Source: Candidatus Bathyarchaeota archaeon
GTDB taxonomy: Archaea > Thermoproteota > Bathyarchaeia > Bathyarchaeales > Bathycorpusculaceae
Direction: 5' to 3'
NCBI GenBank assembly: GCA_963733095.1
Contig: CAVTBV010000009.1
Location: 128,001-192,000, forward strand
DNA length: 64,000 bases
The notes beneath the pieces were generated by a model. It did not search any database. It saw nothing but the letters and a program-made list of their open reading frames with translations, and was not told the origin of the DNA. Positions 9,744-20,163 of the stretch are shown in pieces; position 1 is the stretch's first letter; the number at the start of each line of letters is the position of its first letter. Position numbers and translations under genes: made by a program.

Positions 9744-10055
9744 TTAGATCACGTATGTTTCCTGGATGGTTACCAAACCGTCGTCGCCAATAATCTGCTT
9801 CAAATCTGGCAGTAACGGTTCAAGCTTTTCTTGAGTATCCACAACTTCAATAATCAGGGGCATGTTCACTGTTACACCTTCAATGTGCAGCGTTGACTTG
9901 CCACGTTTGCCAAACCCGTTCACGCCCGTCCAAACGGTTGCGCCTTCAATTCCAGCTTTCATCAGACAATCTATAATAAGTGCCTGAAGACGTTTGCCTC
10001 CCACTTCATCGTTCTTTTTTATTCTTATGGTTAGGTCCCACATTTTTTGTCTCAA
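9744..10055 (-). CDS. DUF190 (PII-like) protein
   Basis: GIEGATVWTGVNGFG, PLIIEVVD, GLVT; coupled to crcB. Confidence 0.9.
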   Translation of the reverse strand: MRQKMWDLTIRIKKNDEVGGKRLQALIIDCLMKAGIEGATVWTGVNGFGKRGKSTLHIEGVTVNMPLIIEVVDTQEKLEPLLPDLKQIIGDDGLVTIQETYVI

Positions 10056-10441
10056 TGCATAAACCTCGCTATAATTTCGTCACCAAGCAGTTTGCCGCCA
10101 AATATCGCGCCCAAAGACAATCCCACATTTGCTAAGATATTTAGTGCCATTAGGCTAAAACGGTTTGCGTCGGCGAGGTTGCTGGTTTCCAAAGCGAAAG
10201 AAGACATCGTAGTGAAGGAACCACAGAAACCGACTGCTGCAAGCAGAGTGTATTGGGGTTCCAAGTTTAACCCGACCGACAAAACAGAGAAGAGCCCCAG
10301 AATGAAGCTGCCTAAAACGTTCACGACTAAAACGTTAACGGGCAACCCATAAATCGCCACTGGCGACTCAACGAGTCGGTAACGTAAAAAAGCTCCAACT
10401 ATAGCGCCTACTGCCAAGAGACCAAACTCGATCCACTTCAT
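10052..10441 (-). CDS. crcB: Fluoride channel Fluc/CrcB (start at MKWIEF)
   Basis: GAFLRY, VNVLGSF.LG, GFCGSFTTMSSF motifs; GGAAGGT SD before the ATG at 10441. Confidence 0.95.
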   Translation of the reverse strand: MKWIEFGLLAVGAIVGAFLRYRLVESPVAIYGLPVNVLVVNVLGSFILGLFSVLSVGLNLEPQYTLLAAVGFCGSFTTMSSFALETSNLADANRFSLMALNILANVGLSLGAIFGGKLLGDEIIARFMH

Positions 10442-10464
10442 ATGCTTACCTTCCAACTTCTTGT

Positions 10465-10531
10465 AGGTAGGCATTATCAGCATCCACTTGGCTGCGGTTT
10501 TGGCGTTTGCCACGGCTAATGCCATAGCCCG
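10465..10531 (-). promoter_or_regulatory. Fluoride (crcB) riboswitch, variant
   Basis: Minus strand GGGCTATGGCATTAGCC-GTGGCAAACGCCA-AAACCGC...GCTGATAATGCCTAC: P1 GGCTA/TAGCC, pseudoknot GGCAT/ATGCC, conserved AAACCGC and GCTGAT..CCTAC; directly upstream of crcB. Confidence 0.88.
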
Positions 10532-10667
10532 ATTTTCTGAGCAATTCTATGTTATTAAAACTTTATCGAGTAAAAACAAAAATCGTATCTTCCGATAAGC
10601 CGTTTGCTTTTGGGAATGAGCTAATCCTATATATTAGCAGATTTAATATTCAAAGTGGATTAGAAAA

Positions 10668-11594
10668 ATGGCTTCCCAAAACTCCGACATAGCCGTAGTT
10701 GGACACTTATCAATCGACACCATCCTGTTGCCAAGCAGAACCAAGCCGTTTGTAGTTTTGGGCGGTGCAGCGACCTACGCCTCGTTTGCCGCAAGACGCC
10801 TCGACGCCACCGCTTCAGTTATCAGCAAAGTTGGCGGCAACTTCCCAGAAGCATACTTGTGGTGGCTGAGTCAAGAAGGCATCGACGTTTCGGCTGTAAC
10901 AAAAATTGATGATGAACCCTCGACCTGTTTTGAGCTTGCCTACAGCAAAGACCTCTCGAACCGAACATTGACACTTAAAAGCAAAGGACCCGCCTTAACC
11001 GCTGAGGATGTACCCAAAGACTTCCATGCCAAAGCCATCCATATTGCACCTATTGCAAACGAAATCCCCTACGAACTCGTAGAGCGCCTCAAGAGTCGCG
11101 CGGATGTTTTGTCAGTTGACCCTCAAGGTTTAATTCGAAGCTTCGACGAAGCAGGAAATGTATCCGAAAATGCCATCGTTGACAACCAGATTTTTAGTTT
11201 AGTCAACATTTACAAGTCATCAACGAACGAACTTTTCGCTTTAACTGGCGAGTCAGAGCTCAAACCAGCAATAAAAGTGATTCATGATGTTGGAGTTGAA
11301 ACCGTCATTGTGACCTTGGGTGCAAAAGGTTCCATGCTATCCGTCGAAGGCGCCCAATACCACATTGAAGCCTGCCCTTCGCAGGTTCTGATTGACCCAA
11401 CAGGCGCAGGAGATGTCTTCATCAGCAGTTTCCTAACGGAATACCTCCGCGGGAAAGATTCATTGTGGTGTGCCAGTGTTGGCTCCGCTGCAGCTTCCTG
11501 CGTTGTGGAGGGATTGGGTTCCACTTATTTTGGTAAGAAAGAAGAGATTTATCGGAGAGCCAATTCTTTATATGAAAAGAAAGTTAAGCAATAA
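10668..11594 (+). CDS. PfkB-family carbohydrate/nucleoside kinase
   Basis: GGAATY, VTLGAKG, DPTGAGD motifs. Confidence 0.9.
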   Translation: MASQNSDIAVVGHLSIDTILLPSRTKPFVVLGGAATYASFAARRLDATASVISKVGGNFPEAYLWWLSQEGIDVSAVTKIDDEPSTCFELAYSKDLSNRTLTLKSKGPALTAEDVPKDFHAKAIHIAPIANEIPYELVERLKSRADVLSVDPQGLIRSFDEAGNVSENAIVDNQIFSLVNIYKSSTNELFALTGESELKPAIKVIHDVGVETVIVTLGAKGSMLSVEGAQYHIEACPSQVLIDPTGAGDVFISSFLTEYLRGKDSLWCASVGSAAASCVVEGLGSTYFGKKEEIYRRANSLYEKKVKQ

Positions 11595-11631
11595 TGGCGT
11601 ATGTAACCTGTTAACTTGAGAGGCTTGGATT

Positions 11632-11832
11632 ATGGGACGTATCGATAAAGGTGTAAAATGTAGCGTTTGCGGGAAGGACGCTGAGCGTTCGTTGTCAGTT
11701 GCTAAAGTTAAAGCTGCCGGATTAAACGTTGGCAGTGCAGATAAACGTGCTTACCTCTGTAAAGACCACTACAAAGAGTTCAAGAAGAAAACCAAGAAAG
11801 ATAAGACTCTTGACAAGTGGCGCTACGGTTAA
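11632..11832 (+). CDS. Small basic zinc-binding conserved archaeal protein
   Basis: CSVC...YLCKDHYK; Lys-rich; in an operon with thrS. Confidence 0.75.
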   Translation: MGRIDKGVKCSVCGKDAERSLSVAKVKAAGLNVGSADKRAYLCKDHYKEFKKKTKKDKTLDKWRYG

Positions 11833-11847
11833 AACGAGGCATTTACC

Positions 11848-13755
11848 ATGCGGATTTTACAGTTACACTCAAACTTTATAGTTTTCAAACCAATCGAAAA
11901 AGAAATCAACATAGCCGAAGACGCCGAAAATGTGGAGACCCGCATTGAAGACGTCGTCGTTTTGTTCACTGCCATCGAAGAAGGAGACAACTCAGCCATG
12001 GCGCAAAAAGCCATCAACGACGTTCGGGCTTTTTTGGGCAAACTCAAAGTAAACCGCATCCTCATCTACCCATTTGCACATCTGAGCAGCGACCTCTCCC
12101 AACCTTCAGAGGCATTAAAAATCATCAAGGAAATGGAAGCCTACGCCAAAGAGAAGGGCATAGAAACTTACCGTGCACCCTTCGGCTGGAACAAACAATT
12201 CACCATATCAATCAAGGGACATCCGCTCGCTGAACAGGCACGTAGCTACGCTCCAACACAGGTAGCGGCGTCAACAGAGCCTATAGCTCCATGCGAGGGC
12301 AAAAAAGAAGAAGAAGAACCCGTCTCCGCAGCCCTCAAAGCCGAAGACACCATGAAATCCTACTGGCACATCCTCCAAACCGACGGCTCACTTGTGCCAA
12401 TCGAAGAATTTAAGTTCAAAGGACATACCAACCTGCAGAAATTCTCCAATTACGAAATCAAGAAAACACGCGCAGTTACCGTTATGCCCCCACACGTGCC
12501 GCTCATGAAACGTCTGGAAATCGCAGATTACGAGCCAGGAAGCGACCCGGGCAACATCCGCTGGTACCCCAAAGGGCGCATGATAAAATCGCTCCTCGAA
12601 CAGTATGTCACCCTCAAAGTGGCAGAGTATGGCGGCATGGAAGTCGAAACTCCGCTCATGTACGACTTCAACCATCCAAGCCTTAAAAGCTACCTGAACC
12701 GGTTCCCTGCACGCCAATATGTCCTCAAATCCGAGGATAAGGAGCTTTTCTTGAGGTTTGCAGCGTGTTTTGGTCAGTTCCTTATGGCGCACGATGCACA
12801 ATTCAGCTATAAACAAATGCCAATTAAACTCTACGAACTCACGCGCTACAGTTTCCGACGAGAAAAAAGCGGCGAAGTCGTCGGATTAAAACGTCTGCGT
12901 GCGTTCACTATGCCAGATTGCCATGCCTTCTGCACTGACCTTGAACAAGCTAAAAAAGAGTTCATGATCAGATTCAATCTCTGCATCGATGTGTTGAGTA
13001 ACATCGGTTTAGTCAAGGACGATTACGAGATTGCTATGCGCTTCACCAAAGACTTCTATTCGGAGCACAAAGACTTCATAACTGAGTTAGCCACGGCTTT
13101 TGGTAAGCCCATCTTAGCTGAAGTCTGGAATGAACGCTTCTTCTACTTTGCCTTGAAATGGGACCTCAACTTCATAGACAACCAAGATAAAGCCGCAGCG
13201 CTAAGCACAGACCAAATAGACGTCGAGAACGCCAAACGCTACGAAATAACCTTCGTTGACGAGAAGGGCGAGAAGCAGTATCCTTTGATTCTTCACTGTA
13301 GCCCAAGTGGCGCCATCGAACGAGACATCTATGCATTGCTTGAAAAGGCTTACCGAGAACAGATGGCAGGTAAAGCACCGATGCTTCCAATTTGGCTCTC
13401 ACCAACCCAAGTGCGGCTGATTCCGATTTCAGATAAATTCCTCGACAAAATGGAGGAATTAGCTAAACAAATCAGCGGCCACTGCATCCGCGTGGACATA
13501 GACGACTCAGCCTCAACATTGCAAAAGAAAATCCGTGAAGCCGAACAAGAATGGATACCCTACATCATCGTTGTCGGCGACAAAGAAATCGAGTCAGGTA
13601 CGCTTTCAGTGCGTGTTCGCGAGCTTAAGGGTCAACAGCAAAAAATGACTGCTGAACAGTTGATTGCGATTGTGTCGGAGAAAATCGCCGGCAAACCCTA
13701 CAAGCCCCTGCCCCTACCAATGAATCTCTCGAAGCGCCCCCAGTTCCACGGTTAA
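11848..13755 (+). CDS. thrS: Threonyl-tRNA synthetase (archaeal type with N-terminal editing domain)
   Basis: MRILQLHS, YPFAHLS, RAPFGW, GHPLAE, LRFAACFG, RAFTMPD.H, LHCSPSG. Confidence 0.97.
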   Translation: MRILQLHSNFIVFKPIEKEINIAEDAENVETRIEDVVVLFTAIEEGDNSAMAQKAINDVRAFLGKLKVNRILIYPFAHLSSDLSQPSEALKIIKEMEAYAKEKGIETYRAPFGWNKQFTISIKGHPLAEQARSYAPTQVAASTEPIAPCEGKKEEEEPVSAALKAEDTMKSYWHILQTDGSLVPIEEFKFKGHTNLQKFSNYEIKKTRAVTVMPPHVPLMKRLEIADYEPGSDPGNIRWYPKGRMIKSLLEQYVTLKVAEYGGMEVETPLMYDFNHPSLKSYLNRFPARQYVLKSEDKELFLRFAACFGQFLMAHDAQFSYKQMPIKLYELTRYSFRREKSGEVVGLKRLRAFTMPDCHAFCTDLEQAKKEFMIRFNLCIDVLSNIGLVKDDYEIAMRFTKDFYSEHKDFITELATAFGKPILAEVWNERFFYFALKWDLNFIDNQDKAAALSTDQIDVENAKRYEITFVDEKGEKQYPLILHCSPSGAIERDIYALLEKAYREQMAGKAPMLPIWLSPTQVRLIPISDKFLDKMEELAKQISGHCIRVDIDDSASTLQKKIREAEQEWIPYIIVVGDKEIESGTLSVRVRELKGQQQKMTAEQLIAIVSEKIAGKPYKPLPLPMNLSKRPQFHG

Positions 13756-13848
13756 TAAAGCCGCTGTAAATGAATCGTATGTATCATTGGGGTAAACTAT
13801 ATCAAACATTGGACAATATGAAACAGTCATCCAAGGAGTGGAAAACAA

Positions 13849-14733
13849 ATGACCAGCGAATTACAAGTCTACATAGATGGTGAATTCTACCCTAAATCAC
13901 AGGCTAAAATCTCCGTCTACGACCACGGTTTCCTCTATGGCGATGGCGTTTTTGAGGGAATCCGCGCGTACAATGGGGTCGTTTTCAAGCTCAAAGAACA
14001 CCTTGACCGATTGTATTGCAGCGCACAAGCCATTATGCTTCAAATACCCTTAACAAGACAGGAAATGGCAAAAGCCGTAGTTGAAACCCTGCGCAAGAAC
14101 AAGATGAAAGACTCATACATCCGCTTGGTCGTGTCCCGAGGCATTGGCGATTTAGGATTGGACCCCCGCAAATGTCCCAAACCAACAATCATAATCATAA
14201 CCGACATCATAAACATCAAAGCAGGTAGCGCCAAAGAAGTCGGCATCACAACCATGTTCAGCTGGGTCCGCAGAAACCCCGTTGACGCCACAACCCACGA
14301 GATAAAATCACTCAACTACCTAAATAGCGTGCTTGCAAAGATTGAAGCGAACGCATGCGGAGTCGACGAAGCCATCTGCCTAGAAGAGAGCGGCTGCATA
14401 GCAGAAGGCGTCGGAGAAAATATCTTCATAGTTAAGGACGGAGAAGTCTTTACGCCGCCTACTTCAACAGGCGCTCTTGCAGGCATCACCGCAGATGTCG
14501 TCTCTGAACTTTGTGCAAAACTCGACCTTGACCTTATCATAACTAACCTGACTCCGTTCATGCTCTTTACTGCAGACGAAGCATTCTTCACCGGAACCGC
14601 CATGGAAATGGTGCCCATCCGCGAAGTCAATAAACGCATAATCGGCAACGGCAAACCTGGACCAATCACAAAGAAGTTGATGGTTGAGTTCCAGAAAGCA
14701 ATCGAAGACCCAAAAAACGGCACAAAAATCTAA
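13849..14733 (+). CDS. ilvE: Branched-chain amino acid aminotransferase
   Basis: DHGFLYGDGVFEGIR, KSLNYLNS, L.GIT, TGT..E. Confidence 0.95.
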   Translation: MTSELQVYIDGEFYPKSQAKISVYDHGFLYGDGVFEGIRAYNGVVFKLKEHLDRLYCSAQAIMLQIPLTRQEMAKAVVETLRKNKMKDSYIRLVVSRGIGDLGLDPRKCPKPTIIIITDIINIKAGSAKEVGITTMFSWVRRNPVDATTHEIKSLNYLNSVLAKIEANACGVDEAICLEESGCIAEGVGENIFIVKDGEVFTPPTSTGALAGITADVVSELCAKLDLDLIITNLTPFMLFTADEAFFTGTAMEMVPIREVNKRIIGNGKPGPITKKLMVEFQKAIEDPKNGTKI

Positions 14734-14738
14734 GTTTA

Positions 14739-15977
14739 TTAGCCGTATCCCACGTGGCTGCGGTTTTCTTTCTTTTGTTTCTTCTTCATGAACTGTTCTA
14801 GGCTGTTGAAAGCTTCTTCGAGTTCTTCGCAGGGTGGCAAGAAAACTATTCTGGCGTGCTCTTTACCGTAGATTGGGTCGAAGCCTGAACCGTTGACGAT
14901 TAACACGCCCGTTTCTTTGAGCAGTTCCACCACGAAATCCATATCCGTTTTCCATCTGGTGCCGACGTCGCGGATTTTCGGGAAGATGTAGAATGCGCCT
15001 TCAGGTTTTGTGGCGCTGATGCCTTCTATTTCGTTTATGCGTTTCCATGCGTAGTCTCGTCTTTCTTTGAGGCGGTCAACGATGTCTTTGACGAAGTCTT
15101 GGGGGCCGTCAAGTGCTGCGGCTCCTGCAATTTGGACGGGTGTGTTTGCGCATAGGCGGATTCGGCATTGTTTCTCCACACCGAGCTTTAGGTCGTCGAG
15201 TTGCTTGCGCTCGCCCCTGAAGTACATGTAACCTAAGCGCCAACCAGTCATCTGGTACACTTTTGAAAATCCGTTCAACCCCACCACCGGCACATCCTTG
15301 GCAAGGTGTGCGGTGCTTACGAATGGTTTCTCGTAAGTTAACTGGTCATAAATCTCGTCGGAAAGCACAGGCAGGTTATGTTCGCCTGCGATGTCGAGCA
15401 TTTCCTTGATGCATTTTTCGCTATAAACAGAACCAGTGGGATTGTTGGGGTTAGTGATTACGATAGCGCGAGTTTTGGATGAGATTTTGCTGCGTAGATC
15501 ATCGATGTTTGGCACCCAACCCTCTTTTTCGATGGTTTCATACGCTACTGGGGTACCTTCAAAGAATTTGGTGTAAGAAATGTAGGGTGGATAAGTTGGT
15601 CCTGGAAAGAGGATTTCGTCGCCCTTCTCAACCAGCGCCGCCAGAATCATCTGGATACCTTCCGAGATGCCTTCAGTGATGAGCACGTTGTTGGCGGTTA
15701 TATCTACGTCGTTGACTCTTTTTTCTTTACGCACTATAGCTTCTCGAAGTTCCACTCTGCCTTCAGAAGGTGAATAGTAGTTGTCGTCACAATCGATTGC
15801 TTTGCATAGGGCATCTTTGACGTATTGGGGCGTTTTAAAGTCGAATGCGGCTGGGTCGCCGATGTTTAGGTAATAGATTTTTTTGCCGTTCTTGATAAGT
15901 TCTTGAGTGTGAACTATAACGTCTCGTATGGCATACTCGATGTTGCTTGCCCTTTTTGTGACCTTAACGTGCTCCAA
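14739..15977 (-). CDS. Class I/II PLP aminotransferase (alanine aminotransferase-like)
   Basis: YAIR, LNIGDP, NPNNPTG, DEIYD, GFSK...GWRLG. Confidence 0.9.
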   Translation of the reverse strand: MEHVKVTKRASNIEYAIRDVIVHTQELIKNGKKIYYLNIGDPAAFDFKTPQYVKDALCKAIDCDDNYYSPSEGRVELREAIVRKEKRVNDVDITANNVLITEGISEGIQMILAALVEKGDEILFPGPTYPPYISYTKFFEGTPVAYETIEKEGWVPNIDDLRSKISSKTRAIVITNPNNPTGSVYSEKCIKEMLDIAGEHNLPVLSDEIYDQLTYEKPFVSTAHLAKDVPVVGLNGFSKVYQMTGWRLGYMYFRGERKQLDDLKLGVEKQCRIRLCANTPVQIAGAAALDGPQDFVKDIVDRLKERRDYAWKRINEIEGISATKPEGAFYIFPKIRDVGTRWKTDMDFVVELLKETGVLIVNGSGFDPIYGKEHARIVFLPPCEELEEAFNSLEQFMKKKQKKENRSHVGYG

Positions 15978-16189
15978 GCTATGTTACCTGTACCCAACAC
16001 ACTTGATAGCCCAAAAAATAAATCTTCCGAACAACAACCCTACTCAACCCCTTCGAAGTCAGAATTTTTTTTGTGAACTATCCTATTAGGAACTCATTGT
16101 AGAAACTATAGAGGGTAGGTCAGTATTGCGCTGAATACTTGTTCTAAACACATTTTTATTTCCCAATCCCATAAATTACAAACGGAGTT

Positions 16190-18019
16190 TTGGTGAATAC
16201 AATGCGGGGATGGACAGGTTTTTTCCTGAAAGCAGATTTAAGTAAAAGCCACGCCACAGCTGAGCAATACAGCAAAGATTTGGCTTTGAATTTTTTGGGC
16301 GGAAGGGGCTTTGCAATCAAGATTCTCTGGGACACCCTCAAATCGGGAACTGACCCCCTCTCACCCGAAAACAAACTAATCTTTGCCACCGGACCATTAA
16401 CGGGCATTGGGTTGCCTAACAGCGGCAAACTAGTCATCGCATCAAAAAGCCCCTTAACCGGCGGTTACGGCGACGGCAACTCTGGTAGTTGGGCAGCTGT
16501 GAACATACGCAAAGCCGGCTACGACGCCCTCGTCATCGAAGGTAAAGCATCCAAACCCGTCATATTACACATAAAAGATAAAATATGTGAGTTTCTGGAC
16601 GCCTCCGATTTGTGGGGCAAAAGCTCCTTTGAAGTCGAAGAGCAGCTGAGAAAAAAATATTCCAAGTTAGCAGGCATTGTATCCATCGGACCTGCGGGTG
16701 AAAACCTCGTCAAATTCGCCACAGTCGTTTCCCAAAACGGGCGCTCAGGCGGTCGACCGGGAATGGGCGCAGTCATGGGCTCCAAGAATCTTAAAGCCAT
16801 CGTAGTCGAAGGAACCCAACCAATCCCACTAGCATACCCCGACGAGATGAAGCGACTGGCTGTAGATGGCTACAAGGAGCTTTTAGCTAAACCCGTCTAC
16901 AGTTTCTGGAAACGACAAGGCACAATGTCAACTGTTGAGTGGTGCCAAGAAAACAGTTGCCTGCCCACGTACAATCACAGGCAGGGCGTTTTTGATAAAG
17001 CGGAAGGAATAAGCGGCTTTGCCATGGAGAAGATGAAGGTTTCTAACCGTGGATGCCCCCAGTGCAACATGACCTGCGGCAACGTCGTTAAAGACAGCGA
17101 AGGGCAAGATTCCGAGTTGGATTATGAGAACGTGGTTATGCTGGGTTCTAACATAGGTGTAGGCGACCTTACACAGGTCGCTACCCTCAACCGTCTGGCG
17201 GACGAATTCAGCTTTGACAGCATTTCTCTTGGGAGCGTTATCGGGTTTGCGATGGAAGCTTCCGAGAAAGGGCTTATTCCCGAGAAGATTGGGTGGGGCG
17301 ACTTTGAAGCAATTAGGGCGTTGATTAACGATATTGCTTACAGGCGCGGTTTAGGGGCTGTTTTAGCTGAAGGCGTCCGCTCTGCATCCGCAGCAATAGG
17401 TAAGGGCTCTGGCGATTGGGCGATGCATGTTAAGGGCTTAGAAGTCTCGGCTTACGACTGCCACATTGCACCCGGCATGGCGTTGGCGTACGGAACCAAC
17501 TCGATTGGCGCTCACCATAAAGACGCTTGGATAATCATATGGGAACAAAAAGCCGGACGAGAAAAATACGACGAAGCAAAAGTCAACCACCTAATCCAGA
17601 CCCAAATCCTCCGCGGAGGAATCTTTGAAGCCTTAACCGTTTGCCGTTTTCCCCATGGCTCCTTGGGCTTTGAGTTTGAATGGTACCAAAAGTACCTGCG
17701 GGCGTCAACTGGGCAGGAATTTTCTATGGCACAGCTAAACCAGATTGGCGACCGAATTCTCAATTTAATCCGTGCTTTCTGGGTGCGAGAATACGGGGAA
17801 AAGTGGAGTCGAAATTTGGATGTTCCACCCATGCGATGGTTCAAAGAACCCTTAACCGATGGTCCCCTCAAGGGCGCCGTGCTTGACCTTGAAAAATACA
17901 ACATGATGCTGGACATTTACTATCAGAAACGCGGTTGGGACCGAGGGGGAGTTCCCAAAAAAGAAACCCTGGAAAAATTAGGGTTGGCTGATGGGGCAAG
18001 TCAGCTTAAGTTGCGCTAA
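16190..18019 (+). CDS. aor: Tungsten aldehyde:ferredoxin oxidoreductase family protein
   Basis: LGGRG, KSPLTG, IGPAGEN, GR.GMGAVMGSKNLKA, CxxCxxxC, DYE, HVKGLE, YY..RGW. Confidence 0.93.
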   Translation: MVNTMRGWTGFFLKADLSKSHATAEQYSKDLALNFLGGRGFAIKILWDTLKSGTDPLSPENKLIFATGPLTGIGLPNSGKLVIASKSPLTGGYGDGNSGSWAAVNIRKAGYDALVIEGKASKPVILHIKDKICEFLDASDLWGKSSFEVEEQLRKKYSKLAGIVSIGPAGENLVKFATVVSQNGRSGGRPGMGAVMGSKNLKAIVVEGTQPIPLAYPDEMKRLAVDGYKELLAKPVYSFWKRQGTMSTVEWCQENSCLPTYNHRQGVFDKAEGISGFAMEKMKVSNRGCPQCNMTCGNVVKDSEGQDSELDYENVVMLGSNIGVGDLTQVATLNRLADEFSFDSISLGSVIGFAMEASEKGLIPEKIGWGDFEAIRALINDIAYRRGLGAVLAEGVRSASAAIGKGSGDWAMHVKGLEVSAYDCHIAPGMALAYGTNSIGAHHKDAWIIIWEQKAGREKYDEAKVNHLIQTQILRGGIFEALTVCRFPHGSLGFEFEWYQKYLRASTGQEFSMAQLNQIGDRILNLIRAFWVREYGEKWSRNLDVPPMRWFKEPLTDGPLKGAVLDLEKYNMMLDIYYQKRGWDRGGVPKKETLEKLGLADGASQLKLR

Positions 18020-18026
18020 CCGCAGG

Positions 18027-19469
18027 TTAGTAAGACCTAGCGAAGTAAGCTGTTTCCTTACCTTTCTCTCCACAAACGATGCAGTTGCTTGTCGGCTGCT
18101 CGATTTGGAAGGGTCGAATGCGAATGGTGGCGCCTGTTTCATCCTTTACCTTGGCTTCGCAGTCCGCGCTCCCACACCATGCTGCCTTGATGAACCCGCC
18201 TTTTTCCTCCAACACCTTCTTGAATTCATCGTAGCTTTGCACCGTAGAGGTTTCTTCCTGTAGGATAGTTTTGGCTTTGGCAAGCATGTTATCTTGGATT
18301 TCCTGAAGCAGCTTCTCCACGGTTGTCGGGATGTCTGCCTCTTTAACTGGGGTTTTCTGGCAAGTGTCTCGTCGTACCATCACTACTTGTTCTTGTTTTA
18401 AGTCGCGTGGACCGAGTTCTATGCGTATTGGGATGCCTTTTAGTTCCCACTGGTGGAATTTCCAGCCAGGAGTGTATTCGTTTCGGTCATCTAAGATTAC
18501 GCTGATGCCTTTGGCTTTGAGGGACGCCTCGATATGCTTAGTTTTCGCGGCGATTGCTTCGGCTTCTTGACCCTTGAACGGTATTGGAACGATAACAACC
18601 TGTGTCGGCGCAACTTTGGGCGGCATGATTAAGCCTTTGTCATCGCCGTGAACCATAATCATAGCGCCAATAAGCCGCGTGGTTATGCCCCAGCTGGTCT
18701 GCCAAACGTAGTGGTCCTGTTTATCTTCACCTATGAATTTTACATCGAACACTTTAGCAAAATGTTGACCCAAGTTATGGCTTGTCCCCATCTGCAACGC
18801 TTTCCCATCAGGCATGATGGATTCGAGCGCTGTGGTGTAGAGGGCGCCAGCAAACTTTTCGCTGTCACTCTTGGTGCCGATGACCACAGGGATGGCTAAG
18901 TAATTTTCTATCAAGTCTTTGTACATGTTTAGGGCATACATGACTTCAGCTTCGGCTTCCTCAGCGGTTGTATGGGCTGTGTGTCCTTCTTGCCAGAGAA
19001 ATTCGCGGGTACGCAAAAACAGCTTCGTCGCCTTGGTTTCCCAACGAACAATGTTGCACCACTGGTTAATCTTCAGGGGCAGGTCTCGCCAGCTCCGAAT
19101 CCACTTGCTAAACATGGCGTACATGATGGTTTCGCTTGTGGGGCGAACAGCAAGTTTCTCTTCAAGAGGGGTATCTCCTCCTTGCGTTATCCATGCGACT
19201 TCTGGAGTGAAACCTTCGAAATGTTCGGCTTCTTTTTTAAGGAAAGCTTCAGGTATGAACATTGGGAAGTAGGTGTTCCGGTGGCCTGTGGCTTTGATTT
19301 TTTGGTTGACGACTTCTTGGATTTTTTCCCAAACTGCGTAGGCGTCTGGGCGGATAATCATGCATCCTTTCACCGGCGCGTAATCGGCAAGTTCAGCTTT
19401 CAAGACGACTTCAACGTACCATTCGCTAAAATCTTCACATTTCTTTACGGTTACTCCAGTATCAGACAT
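18027..19469 (-). CDS. proS: Prolyl-tRNA synthetase (archaeal/eukaryotic type)
   Basis: FSEWY, EAEHFEGF.PE, RPTSET, FLRTREFLWQEGHT, C-terminal ARSY; start placed at MSDTG. Confidence 0.97.
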   Translation of the reverse strand: MSDTGVTVKKCEDFSEWYVEVVLKAELADYAPVKGCMIIRPDAYAVWEKIQEVVNQKIKATGHRNTYFPMFIPEAFLKKEAEHFEGFTPEVAWITQGGDTPLEEKLAVRPTSETIMYAMFSKWIRSWRDLPLKINQWCNIVRWETKATKLFLRTREFLWQEGHTAHTTAEEAEAEVMYALNMYKDLIENYLAIPVVIGTKSDSEKFAGALYTTALESIMPDGKALQMGTSHNLGQHFAKVFDVKFIGEDKQDHYVWQTSWGITTRLIGAMIMVHGDDKGLIMPPKVAPTQVVIVPIPFKGQEAEAIAAKTKHIEASLKAKGISVILDDRNEYTPGWKFHQWELKGIPIRIELGPRDLKQEQVVMVRRDTCQKTPVKEADIPTTVEKLLQEIQDNMLAKAKTILQEETSTVQSYDEFKKVLEEKGGFIKAAWCGSADCEAKVKDETGATIRIRPFQIEQPTSNCIVCGEKGKETAYFARSY

Positions 19470-19674
19470 GAGGATTCTCTTCTTGCATTTGTATTCCTGC
19501 ATCTGTATATAAAACCGTAACGGGAACAACTTGCCAAATCAACAGTAAACAACTTGTTTTCCAATTTAACTCATCTTTCTATTACGATTGGACTGCAAGC
19601 TTGAGGATGTATTGTGTTTTCTGAGACAAGCAGTTAAACTTAACAGTGATTATCTATATTTCTTTGAGAATGAA

Positions 19675-19878
19675 ATGATACCTGGTCAGACGACAAAACA
19701 AAGGTTAAAGAATCTTCTTCTGTACCCTTTGCTGGTTTACCTTATCATCTCCGTCGAGATTGCTGTTTTTGTTGCATTGGGTCTTGAGACGGATACACTC
19801 TGGGTATGGGTTGTAACCACTGGCTTTGTGACAGCCTTGTTGATTGTTTTTGCTGCGAAGGCTAAACCCTCGGCATAA
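19675..19878 (+). CDS. Small two-TM membrane protein
   Basis: Two hydrophobic segments; ATG at 19675. Confidence 0.5.
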   Translation: MIPGQTTKQRLKNLLLYPLLVYLIISVEIAVFVALGLETDTLWVWVVTTGFVTALLIVFAAKAKPSA

Positions 19879-20163
19879 AGGAGGGGCTGGTTTTTGGGCT
19901 TGTTTGGGCGAGCGTGTTTCTTTTATTGGATATGCTGATAGTAGCACTGCCGTTCACAGGCTTGGTTTATTTTATGGACTTTAGAATTTGGATTCCATAC
20001 CTTCTAAGTATCCTAATTCTATCATCTACTGGAAAACTGGTTGAAAACAGACAGAGCACTCAATAGTTGAATGCGATTTGCCTGAAAGCTTAAAAAAATG
20101 AGGAAAAGCCCCAAAAAGACCTAAATATCGTTTTCCAATTGACTAAACAAAAAAAGAAAAAGG

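Noticed and set aside
10442-10525. 28-aa N-terminal extension of CrcB in the ORF track
   Set aside because: It overlaps the riboswitch; the SD and Fluc length support a start at 10441.
18919-19520. Long antisense ORFs over proS, and similar shadow ORFs over hflX, ilvE, aor, the ABC genes, fen and cdc48
   Set aside because: They lie opposite well-supported genes and have no motifs of their own.
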